From positions 25,048,001 through 25,112,000 of the forward strand of contig OX597832.1 in the NCBI GenBank assembly GCA_951406725.2: DNA of 64,000 bases, in the 5' to 3' direction. The translations under genes were made by a program, and so were the position numbers. Positions 1 to 13,701 of this stretch are shown in pieces. The DNA comes from Octopus vulgaris. Lineage: Eukaryota. The notes under the pieces were generated by a model. It saw nothing but the letters and a program-made list of their open reading frames with translations. It was not told the DNA's origin and made no database searches. Positions within the stretch are counted from its first letter, which is position 1, and each line of letters begins with the position of its first letter.

Positions 1-340
1 GAAAAAATTATTGGTTGAAGTTGTTAAGTGTTACTTAAGAAAACCAAAAGCCTGAGTTACGGTCTGTGTTTTCATTCACACACTGTACGGGCAGGTGTGA
101 GAGGTAAATCACTATTACACTACTATACAAGATACACAGCATCACCCATAACTATTATTCAATAACAACAACAACAACAGCAACAACAAAACACCCACAT
201 AAGCAAAAACATCAGCAAAAGTAATTATAGTTTAATTCAAAACAAGTTCAAAGATCACGCACGCACAGACGCAAAAATACTTACACCATATACACGTACT
301 TCATCAGTTATCGCTTACTTTTACGTACATAGGTACTTAA

Positions 341-975
341 CTATACAAGCAAAACTAAACACGGTATATACATATAAATAAATATAAGCAAAACTAAACA
401 CAGTATATACATATAAATAAATATAAGCAAAACTAAACACAGTATATACATATAAATATATACAAGCAAAACTAAACACAGTATATACATATAAATATAT
501 ACAAGCAAAACTAAACACAGTATATACATATAAATAAATATAAGCAAAACTAAACACAGTATATACATATAAATAAATATAAGCAAAACTAAACACAGTA
601 TATACATATAAATATATACAAGCAAAACTAAACACAGTATATACATATAAATATATACAAGCAAAACTAAACACAGTATATACATATAAATATATACAAG
701 CAAAACTAAACACAGTATATACATATAAATATATATAAGCAAAACTAAACACAGTATATACATATAAATAAATATAAGCAAAACTAAACACAGTATATAC
801 ATATAAATAAATATAAGCAAAACTAAACACAGTATATACATATAAATAACTATACAAGCAAAACTAAACACAGTATATACATATAAATATATATAAGCAA
901 AACTAAACACAGTATATACATATAAATATATATAAGCAAAACTAAACACAGTATATACATATAAATATATATATA
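341..975. repeat. 39-bp tandem minisatellite, 16 copies (AAGCAAAACTAAACACAGTATATACATATAAATAAATAT)
   Basis: Unit starts at 347, 386, 425 ... 815 at 39-bp spacing, then 856, 895 and 934. It produces the 13-aa periodic pseudo-ORFs 321..857 and 341..1039. Confidence 0.95.
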
Positions 976-1463
976 AGTACATATAAATATCTATATATAT
1001 CTGTTTGGTATTCATTATAGGCAAAGCATACCTATACAATTACCTGTTCATTAAGAAATCGGAGAAATCCTGAACTTTAAGAAATTGGCGAATACAGAAC
1101 ATTATGGTACTTCAAAGAAATCGACTTCCCTTGATCCTCTTTACCCTTCTTGTACAAAGCTTGTAAGTTGAAAGAATTTATTTTATAGTTTGTTTTTTGC
1201 ATTTATCTAACGTTTTTTTTATATTTATGTGACGCTTAACTTAAATGTGGACCTTTGAAACTTTCGCGTGTTTATATATTGTATGTAAAGTACTAGCGAA
1301 CTTTTTGGACTTGATATCGCCTGTTGATATTCATTTCACGAAGTTTATAACTTTCTTAATGCCAACCAACTTCAAAACAATTTATTCTGTCCATCTCGCT
1401 CTGTTTCTCTGCTCTGTTTCTCTGCCTGTCTCAATATCTCACTATCTATATCTGTAAATGTCC

Positions 1464-1553
<90 letters not shown>

Positions 1554-1554
1554 A

Positions 1555-1613
<59 letters not shown>

Positions 1614-1786
1614 ATTTCTCTCTCTTTTTACGATCCCTTTTGACCGAAAACCTACCCACATTTTATTTTTTATTTTTATTTTTATTTTATTTTTTCTCCC
1701 CAAGAAGAAAAGCTCTACTTTGTAATTTGTCCCCTCTGTGTTCAGCCCTGTGTGGCTAATAAAGAGGCTTATCTTCTATCTATCTG

Positions 1787-1855
<69 letters not shown>

Positions 1856-2212
1856 ATATCTATATATCTATTTATCCATCTATCATCTATCTATCTTTCT
1901 ACACACACACACGCACAACCAAACCTTTATAGTGTGTTCATATATTCTAGTATATGTACGCAACTATTCATATATATATGAATGTTTGTCAATATGTATA
2001 TACACGCATATTTATCTACATATGCATAAATACATATAAAATACACTTGTTATGTATATCTATAATTTTATAGATGTATGACCACATGTATATTTATTTA
2101 TGTGTATATATATATGTATGCATATATATATACATATATATGTGTGTGTGTATATGTATATTTATATGGATAGATGTATATATATATGTAGATATATGCA
2201 TATGTAGATATG

Positions 2213-2246
<34 letters not shown>

Positions 2247-2264
2247 CATATATTTATGTATATA

Positions 2265-2304
<40 letters not shown>

Positions 2305-2401
2305 TACATATATGTATGTGTGCATGTGTACATATATATTTATATATATATATATATGTATCTATCTATATTGATATATGTGTATACTCACACACACACT
2401 C

Positions 2402-2447
<46 letters not shown>

Positions 2448-2460
2448 ATGTATCTATCTA
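1464..2460. repeat. (TCTA)n, (TA)n and (TG)n microsatellite cluster, representative of dozens across the window
   Basis: Direct inspection. Similar tracts at about 4380-4670, 6985-7210, 19930-20140, 27770-28010, 28440-28800, 45920-46240, 58870-59275 and 62000-63250. Confidence 0.95.
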
Positions 2461-3101
2461 TATTCATATCTTCATTCATTTTATTGATATAATGTTCATG
2501 TTTATCATCGTTTCTGTAACATTTACACTTCGTATCACACTTTATGTGTGTGCATCTGTTTGGATTGAAACAACTTCAATCTCAGCAATGGTAGGATGTC
2601 AACGCCATAAAATCCTCGGAATAATGGAACAATATCGGAAAGATTTCTAAACCTAAGCATCAAATTAGAAAGATGAACATTATTAAAATTTGAAATTCTC
2701 ATAAGCCGCCATGCTACTTTTTAAAGTGACAAACATATTTTGTTTGTCATTCAATATTTATATACAAAGATCCATACTTTCATAGACAAATAATATACAT
2801 ATTTATACACACGACTGCATGCACACGTACACACATACGCACACACACACACACATACACACACAAACGCACGCGCACACACCCTGTATAGATATGAATT
2901 TTTTTGTTTCGTAATGAGATAAAATACCAAGGGTTTTAGAATATTTTTAGATATCTATAAATGTTCTAAAATCTATACAGCCTTGTTTTTTTTATCTCAT
3001 TACGAAAAGAAAAGTTCTATATACACACACTGACCAACGTTGAACCCCTTATTCAGCATTACCTGACACCTTTGGGTCTCAATGACACCACTACCTCTCA
3101 T

Positions 3102-3176
<75 letters not shown>

Positions 3177-3180
<4 letters not shown>

Positions 3181-4368
3181 GGGTGCAGTGAATAAATTGT
3201 CAGAATTACGCAAAAATGCAAATAACATAGACTTCTCATTTTAAATGGCATAAATATATCTTGAAATACTAAAGTGTAACTTTATTCAATACAATTGTCA
3301 TTGGCTTCAAGCATGGTCTCCAGACCACTTTGTGATCTTCTGAAACTCATCTGGACGGTCTTCTAGTTTAAGTTGGTGAATACGGCCATTATCCTTGCCT
3401 CCAGTCCATCTTTGGTGTCACAAGGGGTTTTGTTGGATATCTCACTCAACTTCGCTCTACACATAATAATCAAGTGGGGCTGCAGTATGGAGAGTTAGGT
3501 GGTCACTTGTTAGGGGTGATGTGGTCGCAGAGATTGTCTAACAACCATGACTGGGTTCTTCTGCTTGTGTCGCATGGTGCAGTCACGGGTCTTCCAGCAG
3601 CCATCCTCGTAACCCAGGCAGCACTAACTCTTCCAGGCACTTGATTTAGGCCTCCGTGTTGAGTCTTAGGCCGTGTGGGAAAATGAATGGAGATAACGTC
3701 GCCATCACTAGTGACCACTCCAAACACCACGATGTTGACTGGATGTTTAATATTTATCTATCTCAGTACATGTTTTGCAGACAGGGCAAGCTAAAGGTTG
3801 TTCATGTGTTCACCATCTGATCCTGGCAGAAATATTTCTCGTCTGGGAACAACCAACGTATGTTCGGTTGGAGGAGATAATAGATTTATTCAAAAGCTTC
3901 GTAACTATGTCTTTCATCTTGTCCTTGACGGATTGGGATAAAAACTGGCCCTTTCTCATCTTGTATGAGGAATACCAAACTTCTTCCTGCACTACCTGCC
4001 TAATAAGAAACTCAGACACTCCCATATCCCTGGCGATGGGCCTGATTGACTTGAAAGAATTGTCAATCATGGCCTGGATCTCACCAACAAATCCAGAAGT
4101 TCTTTTCTTATCAGAACGATCAGGGTGAGTTTTCCGAGCTGCCGTATATTCGTAATCACCATTAGACTCATCCGACTCTTTACGAATCCTCTGCACTTTC
4201 CTCAGTACAGCATGTCGTTTTCAAATTCCTGGCAGAGTGAATTGCGTCATGGTGCTGTTTTTTCTCACAGACGGTGCTCAACTGACTCTACTACAAAATC
4301 AAAAACGAACAATGGGCATGCATGAAATTAAAAATATAAACTGGTGACCATTTACCCATCTTACCCTG
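3177..4368 (-). mobile_element. Decayed Tc1/mariner DNA transposon (maT/DD37D-like) with imperfect TIRs and TA flanks
   Basis: Left end TA|CAGAGGGTGCAGTGAATAAATTGTC; right end GACCATTTACCCATCTTACCCTG|TA. Transposase fragments lie between them. Confidence 0.85.
3282..4250 (-). pseudogene. Frameshifted transposase pseudogene
   Basis: HTH segment SIRPIARDMGVSEFLIRQVV; VFGVVTSDG; a DDD-domain PPNSPxxxPLDYYV-like motif near 3450-3505; C-terminus LETMLEANDNCIE*. The usual QQD motif is missing before TAPCDTS. Confidence 0.85.
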
Positions 4369-4380
4369 TATCTGTGTGTA

Positions 4381-4469
<89 letters not shown>

Positions 4470-4472
4470 GTT

Positions 4473-4506
<34 letters not shown>

Positions 4507-4604
4507 TCTGTCTATCTATCTATATATGTATATAAACACAAGTGTATGTCAGAAATTAATAAATTTTTTATTTGTATTACTTTTGGATTCATTCTCGTAT
4601 ATAT

Positions 4605-4667
<63 letters not shown>

Positions 4668-4867
4668 AAAGTAACTATTTGGATCTTGGGTATATCTCTA
4701 GCAGGTTAGCAATATGCTGATTAAGTCACTTTCAGCGTTTAGGCTACCTTATGTCACCCACACTTAGCCAACCACCTACTGGCGACCACAACATACCAAA
4801 CATAAACTAGTATATTTAGTGAAGTATCCTACTGGAAGCGACACCCCCAACAACAAGACGCTTTCTG

Positions 4868-4949
4868 CACTGATGGATGCAACACAACAAGCTGTAGAGC
4901 ATCCCACCCACAAGGATCAGATACAGGATGGGTCGAAACGATCGTAGTG
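4868..4949 (+). ncRNA. Degenerate Penelope-type minimal hammerhead motif
   Basis: CAC-TGATGG ... GGGTC GAAAC GATC GTA GTG. Helix III is the palindrome ACGATCGT and CAC/GTG can form helix I. The core is damaged. Confidence 0.5.
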
Positions 4950-5031
4950 GGGTATAAGGATTCTTACTAACTCCATTTTACTTTTACCTCATTATACACA
5001 CACACACATATGTAACAAGCTATTTGCTTGA

Positions 5032-5080
<49 letters not shown>

Positions 5081-5167
5081 TATACACTTGAATATATATA
5101 AGTTTCCAACTCGGTTTATTAATGACTCAGATGACTAGAATAGAAAAACATCTTCATATTCATAAAA

Positions 5168-5318
5168 TGGTCAGTGTGGTAAGTAGCTTGCTTACCGAGC
5201 ACATGGTCCCGGGTTCAGTCCCACTGCGTAGCACTTTGAGCAAATGTCTTCTACTATAGCCTCGAGCTGACCAATGTCTTGTGAGTGGATTTGGTAGCCG
5301 GAGACTGAAAGAAGCTGT

Positions 5319-5320
<2 letters not shown>
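5168..5320 (+). mobile_element. SINE family A, 5' part
   Basis: GTGTGGTAAGTAGCTTGCTTACC...GGGTTCAGTCCCACTGCG, matching the full copy at 9869. Confidence 0.85.
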
Positions 5321-5372
<52 letters not shown>

Positions 5373-5459
5373 AGAAAACGTAGAGGATAAACAATCAGCA
5401 AACATCAGCCAGTAAATATTCGTTTACTTGAATCACTTATATGTTCGTAATCATATAAG

Positions 5460-6276
5460 CATTTTATCCGGCGTGCTAACGGTTCTGCCCGCTTCCTACT
5501 TTCACAACAATAATACTAACCCTTTTAAGGCGTGAAATATTGTATGGTGCGGGGGTCTAGTCGATTACATCGACCCAGTGTTTCACTGGTACTTTATTTA
5601 CCGAACTCGAAAGGTAAGTTCGATCCCGGCGGAATCTGAACTAAGAACGAAGCGGCAGACGGAATACCTATTTCTTTACTGCCCACAAGGGACATCACAC
5701 AGTGGGGACAAACAAGAACAGACAAAGAGATTAAGTCGATTATATCGACCCCAGTGTGTGACTGGTACTTATTTAATCGACCCCGAAAGAACGAAAGGCA
5801 AAGCTGACCTCAGCGGAATTTGAACACAGAACGTAGCGGCAGACGAAATACTGCTAAGCATTTCGCCCGGCGTGCGAAAGTTTCTGCCAGCTCGCCGCCT
5901 AAATATTAATTATTATTATTTTTAATTTTTGCCACTAGGGCAGCTTGGGGGAGATGGGGATGACTCGATCGCGAAAGAATGAAAGGAAAGTCGACCTCGG
6001 CGGAATTTGAACTCAGAACGTAGCAACGGCCGAAATACCTATTTCTTTATTACCCATAAGGGGCTAAACATAGAGGGGACGAACAAGGACAGACATAGGT
6101 ATTAAGTCGATTGCATCGACCCCAGTGCGTAACTGGTGCTTAATTTATCGACCCCGAAAGGATGAAAGGCAAAGTCGACCTCGGCGGAATTTGAACTCAC
6201 AACGTAACGGCAGACGAAATACCGCCAAGCATTTCGTCCAGCGCGCTAGTGATTCTGCTAACTCGCCGCCTTAATG

Positions 6277-6351
<75 letters not shown>

Positions 6352-6557
6352 ACTTCAACTGCGCCGAAATTTGAAGTAAAAAAAAATAATGAGTTGACAG
6401 AAATTTTTCTAGACATTTTGGGGAAAGGGGCCCAAATTTTTGGAGGAGGGTCCAGTCAATTAGATCAACCCCAGTACTTAGCTAGTACTTAATTTATCGA
6501 CCCCGAAAGGATGAAAGGCAAAGTCGACCTCGGTAGTTTCTGCCAGCTCGCCGCCTT
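5460..6557 (-). mobile_element. Cluster of SINE family B copies, including head-to-tail multimers
   Basis: Repeated GAAAGGCAAAGTCGACCTCGGCGGAATTTGAACTCAGAACG and ...GCCAGCTCGCCGCCTT heads at about 5900, 6272 and 6557. Confidence 0.9.
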
Positions 6558-7098
6558 CAACCTTTGGACATTATCGCATCCACGGCGAACAAGGGACCTA
6601 GATTACAACGTCCTACCTCAACCAGATCTTAGTCCGCCACAAATTTACTCACCTACAGATGAACGGGCATGGAACAACGTGCAATGAAGCATTTTGCTAA
6701 AGAACACAACTGACTTCTCGAGCCGAGAATCGAAACCATGAACTTGTGATTGCAACTGCAGCACACAAACCACTGAGCAACGTGCCTTCCCCGTGTATAA
6801 ACCGTCTGATAGAAAATTAATGGATCTGATCTGTTCACATTTATTGGTTTCTGTGTGAGGAAATATGCTCACTGATGTTATCAGTTAACGTTCAGTGAGA
6901 CAAAATATTTGCTAATGAATTAATATCTTTACATTGGTGTAGGACCGTAATACACGTTATTTATTATGCTCCTCGCTCTGTGTGAGTATGTATGTATGTA
7001 TGTATGTATGTATGTATGTATGTATGTATGTATCTATCTGTCTATCTATCTATCTATCTATCTCATTACACATATACATAAATATATGCACACACATG

Positions 7099-7340
<242 letters not shown>

Positions 7341-7357
7341 CGTCGGACAGTTTTTGC

Positions 7358-7436
<79 letters not shown>

Positions 7437-7437
<1 letters not shown>

Positions 7438-7545
7438 GAGAGTTTATAAAAGAAACAGAAGACGAAGACGGGTGGTGTACAATGCAAACAGATGTATTAG
7501 TATAACGCTCAGGAATAGAAAAAGTCTTTTACGTTTCGAGCCCAC

Positions 7546-7552
<7 letters not shown>
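7437..7552 (-). mobile_element. Short repeat with truncated HHR (GAGC GTGG GCTC GAAAC GTA AAAG); family shared with 38020-38145 and 42465-42600
   Basis: Three homologous copies in the window. Confidence 0.65.
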
Positions 7553-7638
<86 letters not shown>

Positions 7639-8233
7639 GGAGTAGGTAAATAATTGCGAAACAAGGTGGGAAAAACTAGTTCTCGAATACCAGAGGTAGA
7701 GTAATTTTCTTTATTAAAAAGCAGCAAAAATATCGCAAAAACTGTTATTTTATGTTCGCGAACGGGTATGTGAAAGTCTGAGTAACAGCTTTTGTGATAT
7801 TTGTACTGCTTTTTAATAAAGAATATATGTGTGTTTGTGTGTGTGTGCGTGTGTATATAATTTGTGTATGTCTGTGTGTGTGTGTGTGTGTGTGTATAAA
7901 TACACACTTTTCCATTTTTATGTTTTTGTATGTTTTTGTTATGTTTAGAGTATTACCTCACTTTACCAAAAACCCGCTTCACGAGACCCTGGATTAACGA
8001 ATTTTATAATAAATTTAAAATAATTAAACGACAATTTTGTGTGACAACACTGGTTCTGACGTGTCTACACAGCAACGGAGTAAAATGACTGCACAAGATT
8101 TCTTTCCTACTATGAGATGTTATTGCTCTGCTTTACGAATTTTCACTTTACGAGCGGTCTCTAGAAACAAGTTAACTCGTATATCGATGTATTACAGTAC
8201 ACACCGACAGACATATATATGTGTGTGTGTGTA

Positions 8234-8281
<48 letters not shown>

Positions 8282-9194
8282 CAAATGAGTGGCAGTTCGT
8301 TATTTAGCCACAAATGTAATTTCTTCCTATATAATTTGCCCTTCATATAAGCTATAATGTGTTATTCAGGCACTCAACTATGAGTCTGCTACATGCTATG
8401 GCAGAAACAATTGTATGCTAATGGAGTTCAAATGCCGCTGTGGTAGACTTAACCCGACTCTCGCTTTAGCGCCAAAACCTGTCATCTTGCACGCCCTTGG
8501 CGGTTTCCACACCGTTTCAACCATGCGGTCCAAGTTTCCCGCTTGAGAAAGCCGTCCTCCGTCCAACCTCTAACGAATTTCAGAGGCCTTGTAAAGGTTC
8601 ATGAATGCTGCTTTCTCCCCTCACGGAAAGATTAAAAAGAAAGATAAATATTCCAGGGGAAAAGGGACTTGAAATTAATTATGCAGTAAAATTTGCCACG
8701 TTTAGATTACAAGGGAAACATCAGAGATGCTTTACCGCACGCGGAAACTAGCCCCAAACGTGAGCTATTGCAAGTGTTCTTCTAGTGGTAAATAGCGCAA
8801 TCACATTTTTGAGAACCCATCTGTATCTTGATTGAATTTCTCAGTGTCAATCCTTTCTCCCTTAGCTTGTACGTTTCACCTAAGTGGACAACGAGGATTA
8901 AATAAGAGGACTTTATCTTTTAAAATTATCTGATCAGTTCGTGTATTATGACATAATTCTAGTTTGCAGTTCATGTTTGTACAGTCAGAATCGTTAGAGC
9001 ATCGGATAAAATGTTTTACATAATCACCTTACGGTTTTTACGTTTCAGAGTTCGAATCCCGTAGACATTACCATTACCATGGCCTTTTAATACGTTCGTG
9101 GCTCTAAACATAAAGTACCATCCAATTACTTGTGACGGGGCGTTAAAATCAAATAATAACCTCTCATAATTTCAGACTTTGTGCCTAACAATTA

Positions 9195-9540
9195 CTGGTT
9201 TCTAATTTTGGCACTAGGCCAGCAAGTTCAAGGGCGGTGGTAAGTCGATTACATCGATCTCAACGCTACTAGTCTTTATTTTATCGACCTCGAAGGGAGG
9301 AAATGCAAAGTCGACGTCGGCGGGATTTCAACGCAGAATGCAAAGACAGACGAAATGCTGCTAAGCCGTTTGTGCATCGTGCTAGCCATTGTGCCAGTTC
9401 GCCGCCTTGAATAAATATTCTTTTCTACTCTAGGCACAAGGCCCGAAATTTGGGGTGAGGGGCCCAGTCATTTAGATCGACCCTGGTACTTAATTTATCG
9501 ACCCCGAAAGGATGAAAGCTCGACCTCGGCGGCCGCCTTA
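9195..9540 (-). mobile_element. Two diverged SINE family B copies
   Basis: AAAGTCGACGTCGGCGGGATTTCAAC and ATCGACCCCGAAAGGATGAAAG motifs. Confidence 0.8.
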
Positions 9541-9868
9541 GTATATTGCTAATAATTATTAACGGATGGTGGAATGACAGAATCGATTGACCATGGAGAG
9601 AATGTCGAGTGATAATCGATTAAGTCGCTTGAATTTCTGAGTTCAATTCCTAACGACGTCGACAGAATACAACGGCGGTCAAGTTCTTGGTATCGTGTAA
9701 CTACAAACTCTCAAAGCTTGTTAGTGTTGTGCCCGAATTCAAAACCGTAAAATACACACACACACACATACACAAACATATACGTATTAACGTATGCGTA
9801 CATGTATGTATGTGTAAATATATATATATATATATTTTTTTCCATTTATAATAAAATAGATATATACA

Positions 9869-10272
9869 GGCGCAGGAGTGGCTGTGTGGTAAGTAACTTG
9901 TTTACCAACCACATGGTTCCGGGTTCAGTCCAACTGCGCGGCACCTTGGGCAAGTGTATTCTGCTATAGCCTCGGGCCGACCAAAGCCTTGTGAGTGAAT
10001 TTGGTAGACGGAAACTGGAAGAAGCCCGTCGTATATATGTATATATATATAAGTGTGTGTGTATATGTTTGTGTGTCTGTGTTTGTCTCCCTAGCATTGC
10101 TTGACAACCGATGCTGGTGTGTTTATGTCCCCGTTACTTAGCGGTTCGGCAAAAGAGATCGATAGAAAAAGTACTGGGCTTACAAAAGAATAAGTCCCGG
10201 GTCGAGTTGCTCGATTAAAGGCGGTGCTCCTGCAAGGCCGCAGTCAAATGACTGAAACATGTAAAAGAGAGT
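9869..10272 (+). mobile_element. Full-length tRNA-derived SINE family A with internal (TA)/(TG) microsatellite
   Basis: Head GGCGCAGGAGTGGCTGTGTGGTAAG (A box), GGTTCAGTCC (B-box-like), tail GACTGAAACATGTAAAAGAG. At least 9 copies in the window. Confidence 0.9.
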
Positions 10273-10376
10273 GTACAAATTATAAAAATATACAGTACAG
10301 CATTGTTTCTAGTGCGTGGAATTTCACATATCGTGGGGTGTTTTGGAACTCAATACCCACGAAAGTCCATGGATTC

Positions 10377-10457
<81 letters not shown>

Positions 10458-10747
10458 TGTATGTATCTATGTATATATGTATGTATGCATGTATATATAT
10501 ATATATATAAGCAAAAGTACCAGATCTAAAATCTCTCTAAGAGATCAACGCAGTAGTTGTACTGACAAATAATGTTCGCAGCCACTTCAACTTGACTTTT
10601 CAACAGACAGCCACGTTGAAGTGGCTACTCTATGTCTGAAAGCGCTAATATAATTTTATGAGCATTACAAAATATAATTTCTTTTAATGTTAAAATACCA
10701 TAATAATAAACATGAAAACCAGACCATGTTTTAACTGTATTCAACTG

Positions 10748-10781
<34 letters not shown>

Positions 10782-10908
10782 AGAGAATGACGGGATGGAC
10801 GCTTCATTTTTGTGCTGGTACCGCATTATGTCGTACGCGACTGAGAGGATTTGCATCCCCAACGTAGAATTTTTGATGTAATACATGTCTTTAAAGTAGT
10901 AATTGTGC

Positions 10909-10986
10909 GCGGCTGAAGAAGGCCATAGACACACATTATGCATTGTTATAAATCCGTCTAATAAAGGCCCGAAACAAATGTACCGC
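10909..10986 (+). ncRNA. Minimal type-I hammerhead ribozyme
   Basis: GCGG CTGAAGA A-GGCC-a-TAGAC...GTCTA-ataaa-GGCC-C GAAAC AAAT GTA CCGC. Helix I GCGG/CCGC is perfect and the core is intact. Confidence 0.8.
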
Positions 10987-11049
10987 TGAATCCTTGGCAT
11001 CATGTTTTTATTTTGATTAATTTATATATATATATATATATATGAGGAA

Positions 11050-11315
11050 CACTCCGTCGGTTACGACGACCAGGTTATCAGCTGATAGGATCAACGGAAC
11101 AGCTTGGTGGTGAAATTAACGTGTTAGTGGCTGAGCACTCCTCTGACACGTGTATATTAACGTAGTTCTGAGGAAGAATCAGCGTGACACAGAGTGTGAC
11201 AAAGCTGGCTCTTTGAAATACTGGTACTACTCATCTTTGCCACTCGAGAGCAACATGAAATAAAGTGTCTTGTGGTCAATTCCCGGGGTCGTGAGTTCAA
11301 TTCCTGGCGACGCAA
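11050..11315 (-). mobile_element. SINE family C, diverged or partial
   Basis: ACTCCGTCGGTTACGACGAC...GTGAAATTAACGTG...GTGACACAGAGTGTGACAA, as in the copy at 16781. Confidence 0.8.
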
Positions 11316-11913
11316 GACACACACACACACTCTCTCTCTCTCTCTCTCTTTCTATATATATATATATATAAATACAAATACACACACATTCACGCTCTTT
11401 ATTCTTCCTGCTTGTTACTGTCGCTGAATCACTGTCACCATGTTGAAGGAACACCTTGAAGCGTTTAATCGAACAAAGCGCTCACAATAATCATTACTTT
11501 TATATCTGATATCAATTTAATGGCATTGCAGAACTGCCAATATCGGACAGTGAGAACGAGTACTCAACACCACATTGGTGGTTAAATATTCTTTATTTGT
11601 GAGTTAATAACGCAACCAATGGTTTCATGTCAAGAGATCTTCACAATTGTCCAAGCGTGCCACATGGAAGTGTTAGTACTCGTGTTCACTTTGGATATCC
11701 ACGTGCTTTTCTATCCGTCCTTTCCACCTGTTTCCTTTTCACTAGGCTGTCTTCCACAATCCTATGTTGTGGTATGTTTGAAGCATCGTCTTCTTACTTT
11801 TAATTTTTCATCTAAAACTTCCACAGTGCCTCATATTAATATATTCCCAATGCAAATCCATTTAACTTTGTTTCTTTTGTTCTTCAAATCGCCGTTCATT
11901 ACCACTTTACCTG

Positions 11914-11985
<72 letters not shown>

Positions 11986-12365
11986 CCTATCTACCTATCT
12001 ACCTATCTATCTATCTATCTATACGCACACACACATATTTATATATTAGTAGTACACATTCAACTAGAATATTAGCTCATCTGCATGTGTGTGTGTGTGT
12101 GTCTGTGTGTATGTGTGCATGTGTGTGTGTATGTGTGTATGTGTGCATGTGTGTGTGTGTATGTGTGCATGTGCGTATGCGTGTGTGTGTTGTACGTGTA
12201 GTACGTAAACATAAACCTACTGATTCTAAGTAACATTACGTGGAAGTGTTTAGACTGTACTATGCTGTTCGTATTTTATTTCTAACACAAAAGTCTCACA
12301 AAAGTATAAAATGTTTAATATGTTACACACACGCACACACACAGATATATATATATATATATATA

Positions 12366-12745
12366 CTAGCAGTATCGCCCGGCGTTGCTCAGGTTTGTAA
12401 GGGAAATAACTATAAAGCATTTTTAGAGAGTTATAGCCAAAAAATAGCAAAAAAATGGAAAAAAAATGATGGTAAATTTTTTTTTTGAGAGTAAAAAAGG
12501 TTGAGTTGCGTCCCCTAGACAGTCTGTGGTTTGTTTTTTTTGATTCTCGACCCCATGTCGAATTTATCGATTTTTTTCAGAACTGGGGTTAACTTTTCAA
12601 AATTTTCGCTGCGTTAGTTTTGAATTATGACATTGGGCTATGTGTGTGTCAAGTTTCATCAGTTGAAAGCCGTGGTCAGGGTGAGGGTACGAGAAAACAG
12701 ACACACAGAAACACGCACAGACAAACTGCCGTTTATATATATACA
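12366..12745 (-). mobile_element. Non-autonomous Helitron
   Basis: Minus-strand 3' end has a GC hairpin CCTGAGCAACGCCGGGC followed by ATACTGCTAG|T. The 5' end is TATATAAACGGCAGTTTGTCTGTG. Termini are shared with 47696-48071. Confidence 0.75.
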
Positions 12746-12797
12746 TAGTCATACACACACACATATACATACATATATGTGTTCGTATGTATGTGTT

Positions 12798-12828
<31 letters not shown>

Positions 12829-13262
12829 ATATAGACACGAGCACATAGGTGAAGAACAGCTTCAATAAAAGCCTATATATTAATAATACAAAGTTCATGT
12901 ATCACAAAACCTTTGGAGGCTGCTTGACACAGATTGCAGCTCGTTGGAGACGGTTGGTCAGTCATGTCATTGGAAACACATTCATCAGCCTATTCTTCCT
13001 TCGTGTAATCTGTTCACTTATTCCATTAATCTTTCTAGAAGTCCATAGAAAAGTATGAAATATGGCGAATCGCAGAAGTAACTTTCATCTCCACGCACAA
13101 TCGTTTAGTCGTTAGAATATAATTTTTTCATGATCAACGCTCCAGGTTTTATGCAGTTAAAAGAAGGAAACCGTTTATGTAAAGAAAAAAAATTTCCTGC
13201 GCCGCTGACTCTGCGCCATTTTCTCGATTTCTCGTTGATCTGCACTTCGTTTAACTTAATAT

Positions 13263-13701
13263 ATATTTCTTTACTACCCTCAAGGGGTTAGACACAGAGA
13301 GGACAAACAAGGACAGACAAAGGGATTAAGTCGATTACATCGACCCCAATGCGTAAGTGGTACTTAATTTATCGAACCCGAAAGGTTGAAAGGCAAAGTC
13401 GACCTCGACGAAATTTGAACCCAGAACGTAACGGCAGACGAAATACCGCTAAGCATTTCGCCCAGTGTGCTAACGTTTCATATTTCTTTACTACCCACAA
13501 GGGGCTAAACATAGAGATGACAAGCAAGGACAGACAAAGGGATTAAGTCGATTACATCGACCCAAGTGCGTAACTGGTACTAAATTTATCAACCCCGAAA
13601 GGATGAAAGGCAAAGTCGACCTCGGCGGAATTTGAACCCAGACGAAATACCACTACGCATTTCGCCTAGCGCACTAACGTTTTTGCCAGCTCGCCGCCTT
13701 A
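13263..13701 (-). mobile_element. Dimeric SINE family B with 19-bp TSD
   Basis: Two monomers head to tail, flanked by ACTTCGTTTAA(C/T)TTAATAT at 13244-13262 and 13702-13720. Confidence 0.9.

Noticed and set aside
341-975. Regular repeats resembling a CRISPR array, or a repetitive protein
   Set aside because: Units are directly tandem with no unique spacers, there are no cas genes, and the context is eukaryotic. The ORFs are a by-product of the 39-bp period.
8400-8800. GC-richer island as a coding exon or promoter
   Set aside because: No recognisable ORF or family. E2F-like words (GCGGGAAA, TTTGGCGC on the minus strand) alone are insufficient.
12950-12992. Further CTGANGA hits (also 301, 22272, 25231, 31512)
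   Set aside because: They lack GAAA plus the NUH triplet and a pairing helix I.
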